From assembly GCF_006345805.1 (NCBI RefSeq), contig NC_043000.1:159402001-159466000 (forward strand): a DNA stretch of 64,000 nt, read 5' to 3'. The position numbers were made by a program, and so were the translations under genes. This document shows, in pieces, positions 35,746-48,846 of this stretch. The stretch's first letter is position 1. Every line of letters begins with the position of its first letter. Below the pieces are notes generated by a model, which made no database searches, was not told the DNA's origin, and worked only from the letters and a program-made list of their open reading frames with translations. Source of the DNA: Octopus sinensis (taxonomy: Eukaryota).

Positions 35746-36443
35746 ATATAGAAATAATCATATATGAACGAATTATTAATTCATTGGTTCAAAATATTGA
35801 GTTTGGGTATCGATAATGCAATTAATGTCTTTGCTTGCTTGATTATGTAAACGAAACACTAGAAGAAAAAAAAAAGTATGTCAATAACAAATGTAATTGG
35901 TTCTATTCACTCTTTACTGAAAATGTGTTATCACCATTTGCAATAAGAACGTAACACTAAGTCTACAGATACAAACGATACTAATATTATGCTGATATCA
36001 TAATTTGTAATTTTATTTTCAAGAAGCAACGCTTTCAAACACGCTGCTAATGAGCTTATACATTAGTTAATTTAAATATAAATATGTCTTTTAGCGAAGG
36101 AGTCATTAATTACATATCGCCATCGGGTCTGAATCTTGTTTTAAACACTCAATATCTTACTGGCTACGACTACAGTCTGGTAGTGTTACTTGTTTGTAAT
36201 GTCTGCTATCTTAACGATCATATTTTCTCTGAGTGAAATACTTAACTATGTCAGGATAAAATACAACCCATCTAAAGTAATTCCCTCATCTGATCAGCAA
36301 ATAAACACGCTTAATTCACTCACTCGTTTCACTTCAAATATAACCTTAAATTTGATTGTAAGATCATAAGACAAATGAATTTGAGTATCCTTTCTACTGA
36401 ATAATATACATCTCAAACTTTCATACACATGTTTTACCCTTCA

Positions 36444-36479
<36 letters not shown>

Positions 36480-36480
<1 letters not shown>

Positions 36481-37979
36481 GTGAATGTCATGCACGAATG
36501 AACATGCACAACTGAACACCTTGTTAAACGCCGACAAAGTAACATCTGAGTGGCTGACAATGGGTAGGACAGTGCTGTGCTTGAAAAACATCGAAAAAGG
36601 CAAAAAAGGCAACACGGTAGACAATTATAGGTCGACATATCCTGCTTGCTACTTATGAGGAAATCATTGACTGGAATAGTCGCAAAGACAGTGTACGGAT
36701 ATCTGGACGGCAATGGAGTCCTGCCACACGATCTGAAGGGATGCAAGCGTAAGTGAAGAGGTATCAAGGATCAATTCTTGGTAGATAAAACTGTATTTAG
36801 AAACTGCAAGAGGAGCAAAAATAAATTAGTCATGTGAGGGATCGATTATCGTAAGGCATACGATATGATCCCATATTCTTGGATTATGGAATGTATGAAC
36901 CTATTTGGTATTGCATTGAATGTTGAGCGATTGCTTGGTAAAAGTATGGCGAAGTGGACGATGGTTCTGATAGCATATGGAAGAAGTTTAGGGACAATAG
37001 AAATCAAGAGAGGCATCTTCCAAATAGACTGCCTGTCCCCACTGATCATTATACTGCGCAAGATACCACTAACACTGATTCTGAAGAAAGCAAAGGTTGG
37101 GTATGTATTCAAGAGCCGCCAATAAAACGTCAACCACTTGTCATTCATGGATGTCCTCAAACTTTATGGTAAAGAGGAATCCCAAGTCCGTTCCCATGTT
37201 GATATGGTGCATACTTTCAGTGCTAATATCAGAATGGACTTCCAACTGAAAAAGCAAGATGTGTTAGTCTTGAAGAGAGGCAAAATTAAATGTATGGAAG
37301 GACTTTAAGTAGTTGAGGATATTAGAAATGGATAAATTGATGACAGAAAAAGAAATGACAGAAAAAAATTATAGTGGAGGACTTGCGCAGACTGAGACTG
37401 ATCCTTAAGACGAAATAAAACGGACAGAATAAGATTGAAGGTATCAATACCTGGATATGGAGCAGAAGTAATCGCATGGACAGTAGACGAACGAAGCTTA
37501 GACAGGAAATTGCTGACCAGATATGGGATACTCCACCCAAAAAGTGACACAGTTGACTATACGTACCAAGAAAAGAGGAGGGAATAGGACTGATTGGATG
37601 CGAACACAGCATTAGGGTAGAAGAAAACAATATAGCATGGTATGTAAAACATGCCACAGAAATGCTATTATTAGTGGAAGTAAGAAGGCCAGGCTTGTGT
37701 AGGATGGAAGTTTGCAAAGATAAAGCACTATACAAGCGTTGGAGAATGAACGAAACTGAAAATAGGTGGATAAATAAAAGAATGCCTGGACAATTTCATA
37801 AGGATGTTAAATATAAGACAGACAACGAAGAAAGATGGCTATGGATGACTAAAATGACTAAAAGTGATTTAAAACCGGAAACAGAGACTCTAATCTGTGC
37901 TGCCCAATAAGCAAGCATTAAGAATCAATTACATCAAATACAGAACAGACAGTACATCAGAAAGTGATAAGTGCAGAAT
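36480..37979 (+). mobile_element. Dong/R4-clade reverse transcriptase relic
   Basis: [95 protein letters not shown]; many stops and shifts. Preceded by (AAT)n at 36444-36479. Confidence 0.9.
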
Positions 37980-38126
37980 TTGATATGAGATCACTATGTC
38001 GCGTACATGTGGTTGCGATACATGTGCCTGGTGTATCCTTATCAGGCGGGTAGTCATGATGGGTATACTGAGCTTCGTATATTTTACCCCAGTGTCACTT
38101 TGATGGCATGCACTGCTCTCTCACTC
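37980..38126 (+). mobile_element. 3' 147 bp of the (TAA)n partner element fused to the Dong RT
   Basis: TTGATATGAGATCAC...GTGTCACTTTGATGGCATGCACTGCTCTCTCACTC, then (AAT)n at 38127-38159. Confidence 0.85.
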
Positions 38127-38169
38127 AATAATAATAATAATAACAATAATAATAATAATGGTTTCAAAT

Positions 38170-38720
38170 TTTTCCACATGGGGTAAACTTAATAGGCACG
38201 GAAGTGCCGTCAGCCGAGCCCACCCGAGTTGTGCGCAGAATGACGAAACCGTTCTGCATGCACTCGCCCAGTGCCCGAGCATTGCTGATCTCTGGGTCTA
38301 TGTCGCGTGTGGGACGGATCTGGATATCGGCTGAATCCATAGTGAAGACTACCCCGCCGCTCTCCTGTGGCCGCGATGGGCAGACCATTTCTATATATCT
38401 GGTAGCTGTAAGGGCTAAAGACAGACACTTTCCTCTTTGGTTAAGTTCTCGAAGTTCCACTTAAAAAGGAAAGTGAATGAGGAGAAGAAAATGTTGTCGT
38501 CTAGCAAGTTTGTTGGACGGTGGGTGCAAGTTTGGAAAAATGGCCTCTGTGAAAGGACTCATTTTGAGCATGTGCCTATGAAAAATAAAAGAAGGGCTCT
38601 TACTGTTGGTCAGGCACCCGTGCCTTTGTGGATTTTCCCGTGAGTAACCTTAAAACGCATCCTGCTATTGGAATTTTATTTGTTTAATTTTTATTCTTAT
38701 TTTTGTTAACACGCTTTAAA
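38170..38720 (+). mobile_element. L1/Tx1-clade LINE 3' fragment
   Basis: PSCAQNDETVLHALAQCPSIADLWVYV (C..C....ET..H....CP knuckle), SAESIVK, FHLKRKVNEEKKMLSSSKFVGRW, T-rich 3' UTR. Confidence 0.75.
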
Positions 38721-39051
38721 ACCCGTTTGTATTGTCCTATCTGTCTCTGCATGTTGTTTTTATCTTTCTATATTCTTGCCAGTATCTAATTTTTCTTAGA
38801 CATTTATGTAGGGCCGGAAATTGCCGTGAAATGAAGGCAGATGATTCAATTATGAATTGAACATATATCGCAGAATATATTAACATTGACCACATAACAT
38901 GATAGCACCATCGCATTTTATTATGGCGCTAATTACATAGAGAGTAAAGTGGATATAATTCAAGTTGAACTTAACTCAACACAAGTTCAAAGCTAAGAAG
39001 AATGTTGAAACATCTAGTCTGATGTGGTTTCAACTTTGCTTTCATCATCAT

Positions 39052-40205
39052 CATCATCATCATTTAACGTCCGCTTTCCATGCTAGCATGGGTTGGACGG
39101 TTCAACTGGGGTCTGGGGAGTCCGAAGGCTGCACCAGGCCAGTCAGATCTGGCAGCGTTTCTACAGCTGGATGCCCTTCCTAACGCCAACCACTCCGAGA
39201 GTGTAGTGGGTGATTTTATGTGCCACCGACACAAGTGCCAGACGAGGCTGGCGAACGGCCACGCTCGGATGGTGTTTTTTATGTGCCACCGACACAGGTG
39301 CCAGACGAGGCTGGCAGACGGCCACGCTCGGATGGTGTTTTTATGTGCCACCGACACAGGTGCCAGATGAGGCTGGCGAACGTCCACGATCGGATGGTGT
39401 TTGTTACGTGCCCACAGCACGGAGGCCAGTCGATGCGGTACTGGCTACGGCCACGTTCGGATGGTTTTCTTGTGTGCCACCGGCACTGGTACCACAAAGA
39501 TACAAATTCCATTGATGTTCATCTATTTTGATTTGTTTTGATTTTCACTTGCCTCAACAGGTCTTCACAAGTGTCACAAGAAGGAAGGTATGCACAGGTG
39601 GACTGACTACGTCCCAGGTAGGGGCCACGGGTTACGGCCTGACTAGTCTTGCCGGGTCTTCGGATGGTGTTTTTATGTGCCACCGACACAGGTGCCAGAT
39701 GAGGCTGGCGAACGGCCACGATCGGATGGTGTTTGTTATGTGCCCACAGCACGGAGGCCAGTCGATGCGGTACTGGCTACGGTCACGTTCGGATGGTTTT
39801 CTTGTGTGCCACCGGCACTGGTACCACAAAGATACAAATTCCATTGATGTTCATCTATTTTGATTTGTTTTGATTTTCACTTGCCTCAACAGGTCTTCAC
39901 AAGTGTCACAAGAAGGAAGGTATGCACCGGTGGACTGACTACGTCCCAAGTAGGGGCCACGGGTTACGGCCTGACTAGTCTTGCCGGGTCTTCGGATGGT
40001 GTTTTTATGTGCCACCGACACAGGTGCCAGATGAGGCTGGCGAACGGCCACGATCGGATGGTGTTTGTTATGTGCCCACAGCACGGAGGCCAGTCGATGC
40101 GGTACTGGCTACGGCCACGTTCGGATGGTTTTCTTGTGTGCCACCGGCACTGGTACCACAAAGATACAAGTTCCATTGATGTTCATCTATTTTGATTTGT
40201 TTTGA
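39052..40205 (-). mobile_element. SINE-like family E with (GAT)n tail, ~61-bp subrepeats and 332-bp tandem units
   Basis: Minus strand ends GGCGTTAGGAAGGGCATCCAGCTGTAGAAAC...CATGGAAAGCGGACGTTAAATGATGATG. Period 332 shown by CGGCACTGGTACC at 39481, 39813 and 40145. Confidence 0.85.
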
Positions 40206-41179
40206 TTTGATTTTCTCCCTAGAAAATATATAAACATACTGGAAACGTTTATAACAAGCTTCGTCCATCGTACATCAGTATTTTACAACTGTCGGTTTAC
40301 AGCGCCAAGTTAGTTCAGCTCTACGGTACAGAACTGCATTTATGTTTATTGGATTGGCTCATTTGAAAGTTAGGTATCTTAAGTATAGTCATAATGTACT
40401 GCAAGTTCACAGGTTAAGAATTACCGGACTCCCGGCTGGTTGCAATGAATAACCATAAGGACTCAATCAGCTGTGTCCTTCAGAGATGAAACTACAGAAA
40501 ACAATTACGCAATTTAATTTCGAACTTGTAATTAACGTCGTATATCAACATATAAGCTACGTTGCGAACTGAGAATCTGCGAGATGGTTTCCATTTTCTC
40601 CATTTACACCGAAACTGAACATATAAAACGCAGGAACATCACAAAATCCCATTTGTAATTTTATACGCTATATAATATACTTGTACTTTCCTAAGATAAA
40701 ACACAATTTAATCATTCAATTAATATCGCTAATGCTGTTCATAGATATCCAAACAAAATGTCAGAATGCCAAAACGCTTCAAGAGAAGAGAGAAGACGGT
40801 GAAGATTGATTTTCGACAATTAGCTACAAGGAGAATAACACAATCCCATTAATTGCATACAAATAAAATACTACAATAAAAATTAATCCAGCTAATCCAA
40901 ACATAATACTTTCAAATAACATGTTTTATATATCACAGTTTGTTCAAATTGAAATTTAAGAATAAAAATTAAAAAAACAATCGAAATCAAAAACAAATAC
41001 TATAATGAAATTATTTAAAAGCCATATAATTTTGCCTAATACAACAGATAAATCCACCACTTTTATCAGTTTTCTACTGAACAAATTATCATTCAATTTA
41101 ACTGCTGTACAATAATTAAAAACAAATGAAAATTTTGTAAATGAAAAAGCAATGATTTCGCATACGGTAAAGCAGAGTG

Positions 41180-41300
<121 letters not shown>

Positions 41301-41690
41301 GATAGAATTTCAATTCATGTGTTCGGTAGTTGTTCAATGATAATGTTAAATAAAGGAATTTCCAAATTGATTCCAACAGATTTTGAACTCAAACTATTTG
41401 TAGCCGGAAGTAAATAATATTGTATCTGACAGCAAACTACTTCCACAGTAAAACGTAATAATTTCTAGCATAGACATAAAACAATAGATTATAAAAAAAA
41501 CTAATACAGTCCATTTAATTAACTCCATTTGGGTAACACTTATTCTATCAACTTTCTAAAGATTAAAAAATAAAAATTAGAACTTAGAGAAAATATAGAC
41601 CTTACTGAGAATGTAAAATAACGTAACGTGTCTGATCTAGGATTAAACAAAAAAAGTAACTAAATGCTGCCCACAAATCCTGTATAACAC

Positions 41691-41721
<31 letters not shown>

Positions 41722-41739
41722 TATTATTATTATTATTTC

Positions 41740-42114
41740 AAATTTTTACGTCAAGGGCAGCTTGGGGGAGGTGGAGATGAGTCGATTACATTAACCCTAA
41801 TGTTCAACTGATGCTTATTTTATCGACACCGAAAGGATGAAAGGCAAAGTCGACCTCGGCAGAATTTAAACTCAGAACGTAGGGATGGACAAAATGCTGC
41901 AAAGCACTTTGCCCGGGGTGCTAACGGTTCTGCTAGCTCACCACCTTCCCTTTAATAATAATACTAACAATAATAATAATAATCCTTTTTACTATAGGTA
42001 CAGGGCCTGAAATTTGAGGGAAGGAGACTAGTCGATTACATCGACCCCATTACTCAGCTGGTACTTAATTTATCGACTCCAAAACGATGGAAAGGCAAAG
42101 TCGTCCTCGGCGGA
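41740..42114 (-). mobile_element. Two SINE B copies (second is 5'-truncated)
   Basis: CGAAAGGATGAAAGGCAAAGTCGACCTCGGCAGAATTTAAACTCAG...CTGCTAGCTCACCACC; second starts TCCTTTTACTATAGG.ACAGGGCCTGAAATTT. Confidence 0.85.
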
Positions 42115-44009
42115 AATAATATCAACGACAACAACTAAATACAATTAAAAGAACGTCACACGGAAATAACCTTTTGAAGAAGGAATATTAAACTAAGCTG
42201 GCTCAAGGCTTTGATTTGTATTTATTTAGTAGAGCTTGAAAAGACGAGAGGCATTGTCGAATTCAATAAGATTGGCCTTCAAAGCGTGAAAGAAAGAAGC
42301 TAAAACACTGCCTAGATATAGAAAGCTTGTACCTTTTCAGCTACAAAACCTTACAGTATTGTTCATATCACTAGAATCTATTGGGACCAACATGTGTGTA
42401 AATTGGGAAAAAATGAAATATTTGATGAAAAATGTGTCTGTTGTTAGTACTGCACGCAGGATGACAGGTTACGTTCTTATTAATCTTTAGGCATAAACTT
42501 CTCACATCTGTCCGTTTAGTGGACAGAGATGATTGTAAGTAGAAAAAAGTTAGAATACAAAGTGTTATAAAAACAGCTATTCTTCGCTGGTGAAGACTAA
42601 TGCGACTGGAGCATATGAATATGTAACTATGCTTGCTAATGAAGATCAGATTTCCACCTTACGCATGGAAGTTAAAATTTTATAAAATTCTTATTTAATT
42701 AGAATCATCTACATTTTTCTTCAAGTGTTTCCAGTAGTTAACTCCAGGTATTTGTTTATCTTCTCCCTACAAAATGATCAATTTCAATTCATTGAGACGT
42801 TTTGCGTATTTAGTCTAGTATCTAACTAATTACGTTAAGACAAGTGAAGTATTTACGATATTTAACTTTGTATTAGGGTTTTATGTCGTCACAAAGACTA
42901 ATAAAACTTGGTATGAATTATCAGGGAAGTTAAACTGTAAGAAATTAAACCTATATATCTCTAATTAGCTTAAAGTTGGCAAATCCAAATATTTTCTTTT
43001 CATTACACAGTGTATTGCTCACTTTAGCGAAGCTGGCAGTCAGAACTCTTCATAATTTAGACATTTCGATAGTGTAAAATATACTTCTTATTTTCTTTAC
43101 TTCTGTTTCATTTATAGCCATGCTGCGGCACTACTTTGAAACTTATAGTCGAAATCGACATCAGTACTTTTCTTTATTTTATTTGTTTTTGCTCAGTTTG
43201 TTACTTATTATATTGGACTGATTCACCAAACCGCTAATAGTACGGGTACGTAAACAAACCAAACTTGTCAATTAATGAGGGAAATTTCACAAAGATATCC
43301 ACACATACAAAATACACACATTCGACGGAATTCCGCAGAGTTTCCGTCAACGAAATTCACTCACAATACATTAGTCGCTCAGGAGCTATAGTAGAAGACG
43401 TGTCCCCAAAGTGATTATTAGTTGGATTGAACCAGAAACCGGGTGGTTGTTCCAATACAGAGCTTAAGAAGTTCTTTGAGTGAACTATTTTCAACACTTC
43501 GTTTGTGTCATTTTATATCACATCATATTCGGTTTATTTATCATTGTTTCCAGTACAATGTTTCTTGTTTTTTTTTTGTTTTTTGTAGTTTGCTTATTGG
43601 CTGAAGGATATGAACAATTAGGATACTCGAATCGTAAATAAACGGAAGGAAAATTCAAATAAGTATAAAACAATATATATGACACATTGTCTGGGAAAAA
43701 TTATTATAAAGATATATTATCTTCATTTGAGGTGACCTAGATGCTTATGAATTATCAATATAATTATCAAGAAGACATATTTATATTTCCACAACTAAAT
43801 TATCTTCTTGTCAAACTCGATCCATTGTTTCATTTTGTTAATGAACTACGACAACGGCGAATATTTTGTGTTTATTATGTGTATAATCTATAAACCACAA
43901 TATCTACAGTTTCTTCATAACTATTATTTACATATAATCTAATAACTACTGCTACTACCACTACTACAACTACTCTCTCTATCTCTCATTCACTGAAAAT
44001 GAAATATGA

Positions 44010-44200
44010 GAAGTCAGGTCAATTGTGGGTGTTTGCGCCGTTGCATCCCTTGGCTGCATTCACCATTTGTCGGTATATTCCCGGGTCCTCCTGGGCGACC
44101 CGTCCAGAAGAGGTCCCAGTTAGTCCCCATCGCCTCGAGATACCCCACCTTCTGCAGTGACCAAGTAGTATTTGGTCGGCTAACAAGAGCCGTCAACCTA
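44010..44200 (-). mobile_element. Possible RTE-like LINE 3' relic
   Basis: GC-rich block; minus strand ...RRWG..W...RVAQ..GIYRQMVNAA loosely parallels the RTE tail at 22.3 kb. Confidence 0.3.
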
Positions 44201-44660
44201 GCTGGATTCCCAGTGAAGAGAACACTGAAAGGGGTTAATTTCATTTTTGAAATGATACATATTATATAGTACATTGTTGTGCTTAGTCACACCGATGCGA
44301 ATAAGGCAGCCTTAATCGAGCAGAACTGTGCACACAAGAGCCCTACACTTATCGCACGCATTTTTTACTCAAACATGGTGCATCTATGAAATATTCAACA
44401 TCATCCACCTTCACCAAAAACAAGAACTAATCCCTATCACCATAAGATGTGGAGTACGGTCAATGAAACAAACCCTAGCAGTTGGTTGATCTTACGTTTT
44501 CAATCCCAGATGTAAAATGGAACTGGGGAGAATTTTAATCAGGATGTAAAATAATGCAGTATTTGAGAGTGATTTGGCTGCTGCGATTGGTGCAAATATG
44601 TTCGAAATTAATAAATTAAAAACAAAACAAAACAAACAACACATTCTAAGCTATGCACAT

Positions 44661-44956
44661 GTGGAGCCACATGGCCTAGTGGTTAGAGCAGCGGACTCGT
44701 GGGTTCGAATCTCAGACCGGGCGATGTGTGTGTTTATGACCGAAACACCTAAGCTCCACGCGTCTCCGGCAGAAGGTAATGGCGAACTTCTGCTGGCTCT
44801 TTCGCCACAACCTTCTCTCTCTTTCAACCTGCATCTTGCAGCTCACCTGCGACGGACCGACGTCCCGTCCAGGTGGGGAACCTATACGCCAAGGAAACCG
44901 AGAAACCGGTTCCTTATGAGCCAGGCATGGCTCGACAAGGAACAAACAAAACAAAC
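44661..44956 (+). mobile_element. tRNA-derived SINE (family D-related head) with TSD
   Basis: GGAGCCACATGGCCTAGTGGTTAGAGCAGCGG...GGTTCGAATCTC head; CCTGCGACGGACCGACGTCCCGTCCAGG recalls the V-SINE central motif; TSD AAGCTATGCACAT at 44648-44660 and 44957-44969. Confidence 0.85.
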
Positions 44957-45477
44957 AAGCTATGCACATATCTAAACCGGAATAGATATCCTGGTTCATA
45001 TATTAAGTACTAATAGTTAACTGCGACTCATGGTGGTGTGCTTGCAGTCTTAAGGGGTCCAGTACAATTTACGACATTCAGACGTAATCTTTGATTTCCA
45101 TTAAGGAAGCATCGAGTAGTTTTTCTTTCACATAATAATAGCTGAAAGTTCATACTGACAATAAATTTGTTAGCTCCGGGCCAAATCTGATCGAGGAGAC
45201 ATCAGTAATCTGCCAAACCCTCACGCGTACACGCTTACACAGGCATCTATTGGATGAAGTTAGATATTATAAACGCCAATTTCTAGATATCTATAAGCTT
45301 GAGTTTGAGGTAGCACAGACAGACTCATAGATCCACCGACACCTAATTACAATAACACACACACAGGCACACATACATACACACAGGCACACATACATAC
45401 ACACGTGTGCGGAATAGAGGTGATTCAAGAGACTAGACTTCCTACAGAAGTTAACCTAATCATTTAAGCATAAGAAC

Positions 45478-45530
<53 letters not shown>

Positions 45531-45759
45531 TAAAATATAGACATCGTTATTGTTTGTATAAATAATGCTTCTGGCAGAAGAAGGTTGTAGAGAACTCCGC
45601 CATATGCCTTCAAATGAAATACAAACATACGCACACACACACACTAACGCACATACACTTGAACGCACGCACACGCACGTACGCTCACACGCATACACAC
45701 GGAATATAAGTGCCTGCGAGAGAATCAGGAAGTAAATATAACAGCTGCCATGAATTATA

Positions 45760-45929
45760 GCAGTAGTAGTAGTAGTAGAGGTAATTATCGTGACGGTGAT
45801 GTTGTGGTTGTTGTTGTTGATGTGGTGGTGGTGGCGCTAGTGATATGATAACAGTGTTGATGTTGCCGGTCGCAACGCAGCAGAGCCGTAAGAGTAATGT
45901 GTGGTTAACTGGTTCTGGTGGTGGTGGTA

Positions 45930-45960
<31 letters not shown>

Positions 45961-46625
45961 CAGCAGCAGCAGTAGTAGTAGTAATAATAGTAGTAGTAGT
46001 AGTTGTTGTTGTTGTTGCTCCAGTTGAAGTTCAATGCAACAATTTTGAGTTTAAATGACAGAAATGGTTTCAACTGAAGGAATTTGAAACTTCTGAGGAA
46101 GAACTTGGCCATGAGAACATTGCCTTGAGAAAAACTGGTTGAGAAGCAATTTGCCTTTCACTCGGAATACGGTTACAACGGCGAAAAACGCCGTTCCACT
46201 GAAAACCCAAACGTCGTAGTAGTAGTAGTAGTAGTGGTGGTGGTGGTGGTAGTACTGGCATTCATGGAGTTGTGGTAGTAAGTGTTGCTTTTCTAGTAAT
46301 AAATATGGGTAATTGTGCCAGCGAGGGTGGAGAGAATAGAAGAGACATGAGTTCTGTTGCAGTTGTGATTGAGTATGGTGATGATGATGATGATGACGAC
46401 GACGGCTGATGACCGTAGTAAAGATGTTGTCGCATGTGTGAAGAATTCTGCTGATGTTAAGAATGATAACTGATATATTCAAGCTAGCAGTGGTATTTGT
46501 GATGGTAAAAGTGGAAACCGCTGAAAGTTGGTTGGAGAAAATATTGTCCATGATGATGGTGATGATGATGATGAGGAGGAGAATGTTGATGATGATAGTG
46601 ATGGTAATGATGACGGCGATGATAA
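45760..46625. repeat. Compound trinucleotide tract (GTA, GGT, GCA, GTT, GAT)
   Basis: Visible runs; source of the poly-S/H/Y/C ORFs. Confidence 0.85.
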
Positions 46626-47554
46626 GCCTGTGAACTGTAGTTTGTAGTTGGTTATAAAAACGAAGCTTGGGATGCTACAAAATTGATGGTGTTGGTGGCG
46701 TGAAAAACGGAGTCGGTGACGATCATTGATGAAATCTATAAGAGCCTGAAAATGTTGATGGTTTTATGGAGTTCATGATATTACCCAAAATAGCACTTAT
46801 CTATTCATGACGACAGGGGCGGTACGAAATTTTTTCATACCCATTCTTTTAAGTAAGCTTGTAGCTGCAGTATAAATGTAGAACTGGGGGGAGCACTGTG
46901 AAAATGCCTTGTGGAATTTAGTTGCATCCCTATACTTACCGGGGTCGAATTTTACTGGGACCAATACTAAATAAGAAACATAGAATGTGGTTCAATATGA
47001 CATACAACACAAAACGTGCTGAGCTTACCAGTAAAAGATGATGGTACACTGATAGATCAATAGAACATCGAACAAAATGCCAAGTGGTAGTTACTATGGT
47101 CTTTTTACGTTCTGAGTTAAATTCCTAGTAAGATCAACAGCCACCTATGTTACTTTTTAACATCGATAAATTAAGTAAGTCAATAATACAAAGAAACAAA
47201 ATCAAAGGAAGATTAAGTGTGGGCCTCCTTTGAAAACTACGGTCAAGTCTGACAAAGGACATTGGTGCCGCAATTGTTCATGAACATAGGACATTAAAGA
47301 TGAAGCGATATGTGTAGGTCGTCTATCATTGTGCCTCAGGCAAATTGCAAGATGTTGTCAGTAGATGACCAGCATTATGACAATGAGGTATTAGAATCAA
47401 TTTAATCAACTACGCTTCCTACAAAACCCATGTGAAGAGAATTACTCGAACTGGCACGCTGCTTTATATAAAAGAATAAGCGCGTCCAAAAGTAACCCAT
47501 AAGAAAAATATACCACTACGCTGATTGGTGCTCAGCTTGTTTTCTTAATTAACC

Positions 47555-48251
47555 AATGTCCATCTCGCATAACCTGGAAGGAATTTTACTTTCACGTTGG
47601 AGTCGACGTCCACGAATATTGTGACGTAGATTTAAGACAGAGATGTACTTTACGTGCGAAGAGAAGGTGAGCATTAATTGTACTTACTCAAGATAACTAA
47701 ATTAGGATCTTGAGTAATACAAAAAGATTAGGCTATAATACTTAAGTATCTGGAGCATAGTCTCAGTACACAGTGCCACCAAGCAAGAGATGTGCGTTCG
47801 GTCTCAACTAAATTCTCTCATTTGGGATTCTTTTATATATATGCCTCCAAGTTGTGTTTGCAACACGTAATCTGAATAAATCAAAGGTTTAATCTTCAAT
47901 CAAAATTTACATTCGCTGGCTGCATCAACATTTATATAAGTTTATAATAATGATAAAGAAATATTTATGTGCCTTAGATGTAAATCCAGTGGAGATGTTT
48001 AAGCCTGATAGTCAGGCCTGCAAGACTTATGTATGTCATCTTATGCGGGACACGTACTGCCACATTATGCGGGACACACTATTGCGCACAGAGTCAGTGT
48101 TGGCACGCGCAATGTCATCTTGCATGACCTGGAGGGAATTTTACTTTCACTGTGGAGTCGACGTCTACGAGCGATGTGACGTAGATTTAAAACAGAGATG
48201 TACTTTACGTGCGAAGAGGAGGTCAGCATCAATTGTACTTACTCAAAATAA
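47555..48251 (+). repeat. Dispersed direct repeat, ~142 bp x2
   Basis: 47555-47696 vs 48111-48251; I count 16 differences. Confidence 0.9.
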
Positions 48252-48672
48252 AGGATGCCTTTCACTCTCCGATCCTAGTTAAAAACGTTAGCTTAATGAT
48301 ATCCTACGACATAGAATTAACTGGTCACCCGGTTTAACTCCTCGTCTTTTCCTTGAGAATTTCTAGGAAAGTTCGGTCTGCTGCAAACATTTCAACCAGG
48401 CCCCTAGTCTAAGTGGCAATACTAATCTCTGTCTGTCTATCTGTTTCTATCTCTCTCTCTCTCTCACGCGCGCGTAAACAAGGTTTTGTACTACAAACGG
48501 GAGAAATAGAAACTAATACATGAAGTAGGACATGTGTATTTATTCGTTGTGAGGCTGCTTATGTGCTATACGAAGCTTTACACTCTTGGGTATCTTATAC
48601 AGTTTTAAAGCTAATAAATATGGTGTTACCAGGATTAATCAAAATCGGTGAGGAATAAAAAAAATCGTTCCA

Positions 48673-48742
48673 CCTCTATATAAATAGCCTAATCACGTAT
48701 CACAAGTTGTGATACGTGATTAGGCACTTAGTTATATAGAGG
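48673..48742. repeat. 70-bp palindrome
   Basis: Perfect 19-bp arms GCCTAATCACGTATCACAA-g-TTGTGATACGTGATTAGGC (48687-48725) plus outer arms CCTCTATATAA/TTATATAGAGG. Confidence 0.9.
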
Positions 48743-48846
48743 ACCTACAGAGAAGGAAAAATATAATATAATCATGCATGATTAAAGTCAATGATCTTTT
48801 ATATAACTAGCGTAATCACAAACTACAAGTATATTTATATAATCAA

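Noticed and set aside
39545-39660. HDV-like or twister ribozyme in the 332-bp unit
   Set aside because: By hand I could not place P1/P1.1/L3 for HDV. The CTAC-GTCCCAA-GTAG hairpin lacks the twister UAA, GC and GAGG partners.
46051-46551. 166-aa minus-strand ORF and plus-strand KWFQLKEFETSEEELGHENIALRKT frame
   Set aside because: Embedded in trinucleotide tracts, weak splice signals, and the frame breaks right after NIALRKT.
47950-48282. 110-aa ORF overlapping the 142-bp duplication
   Set aside because: No recognisable domain; the paralogous copy differs mostly at non-synonymous sites and has no start codon.
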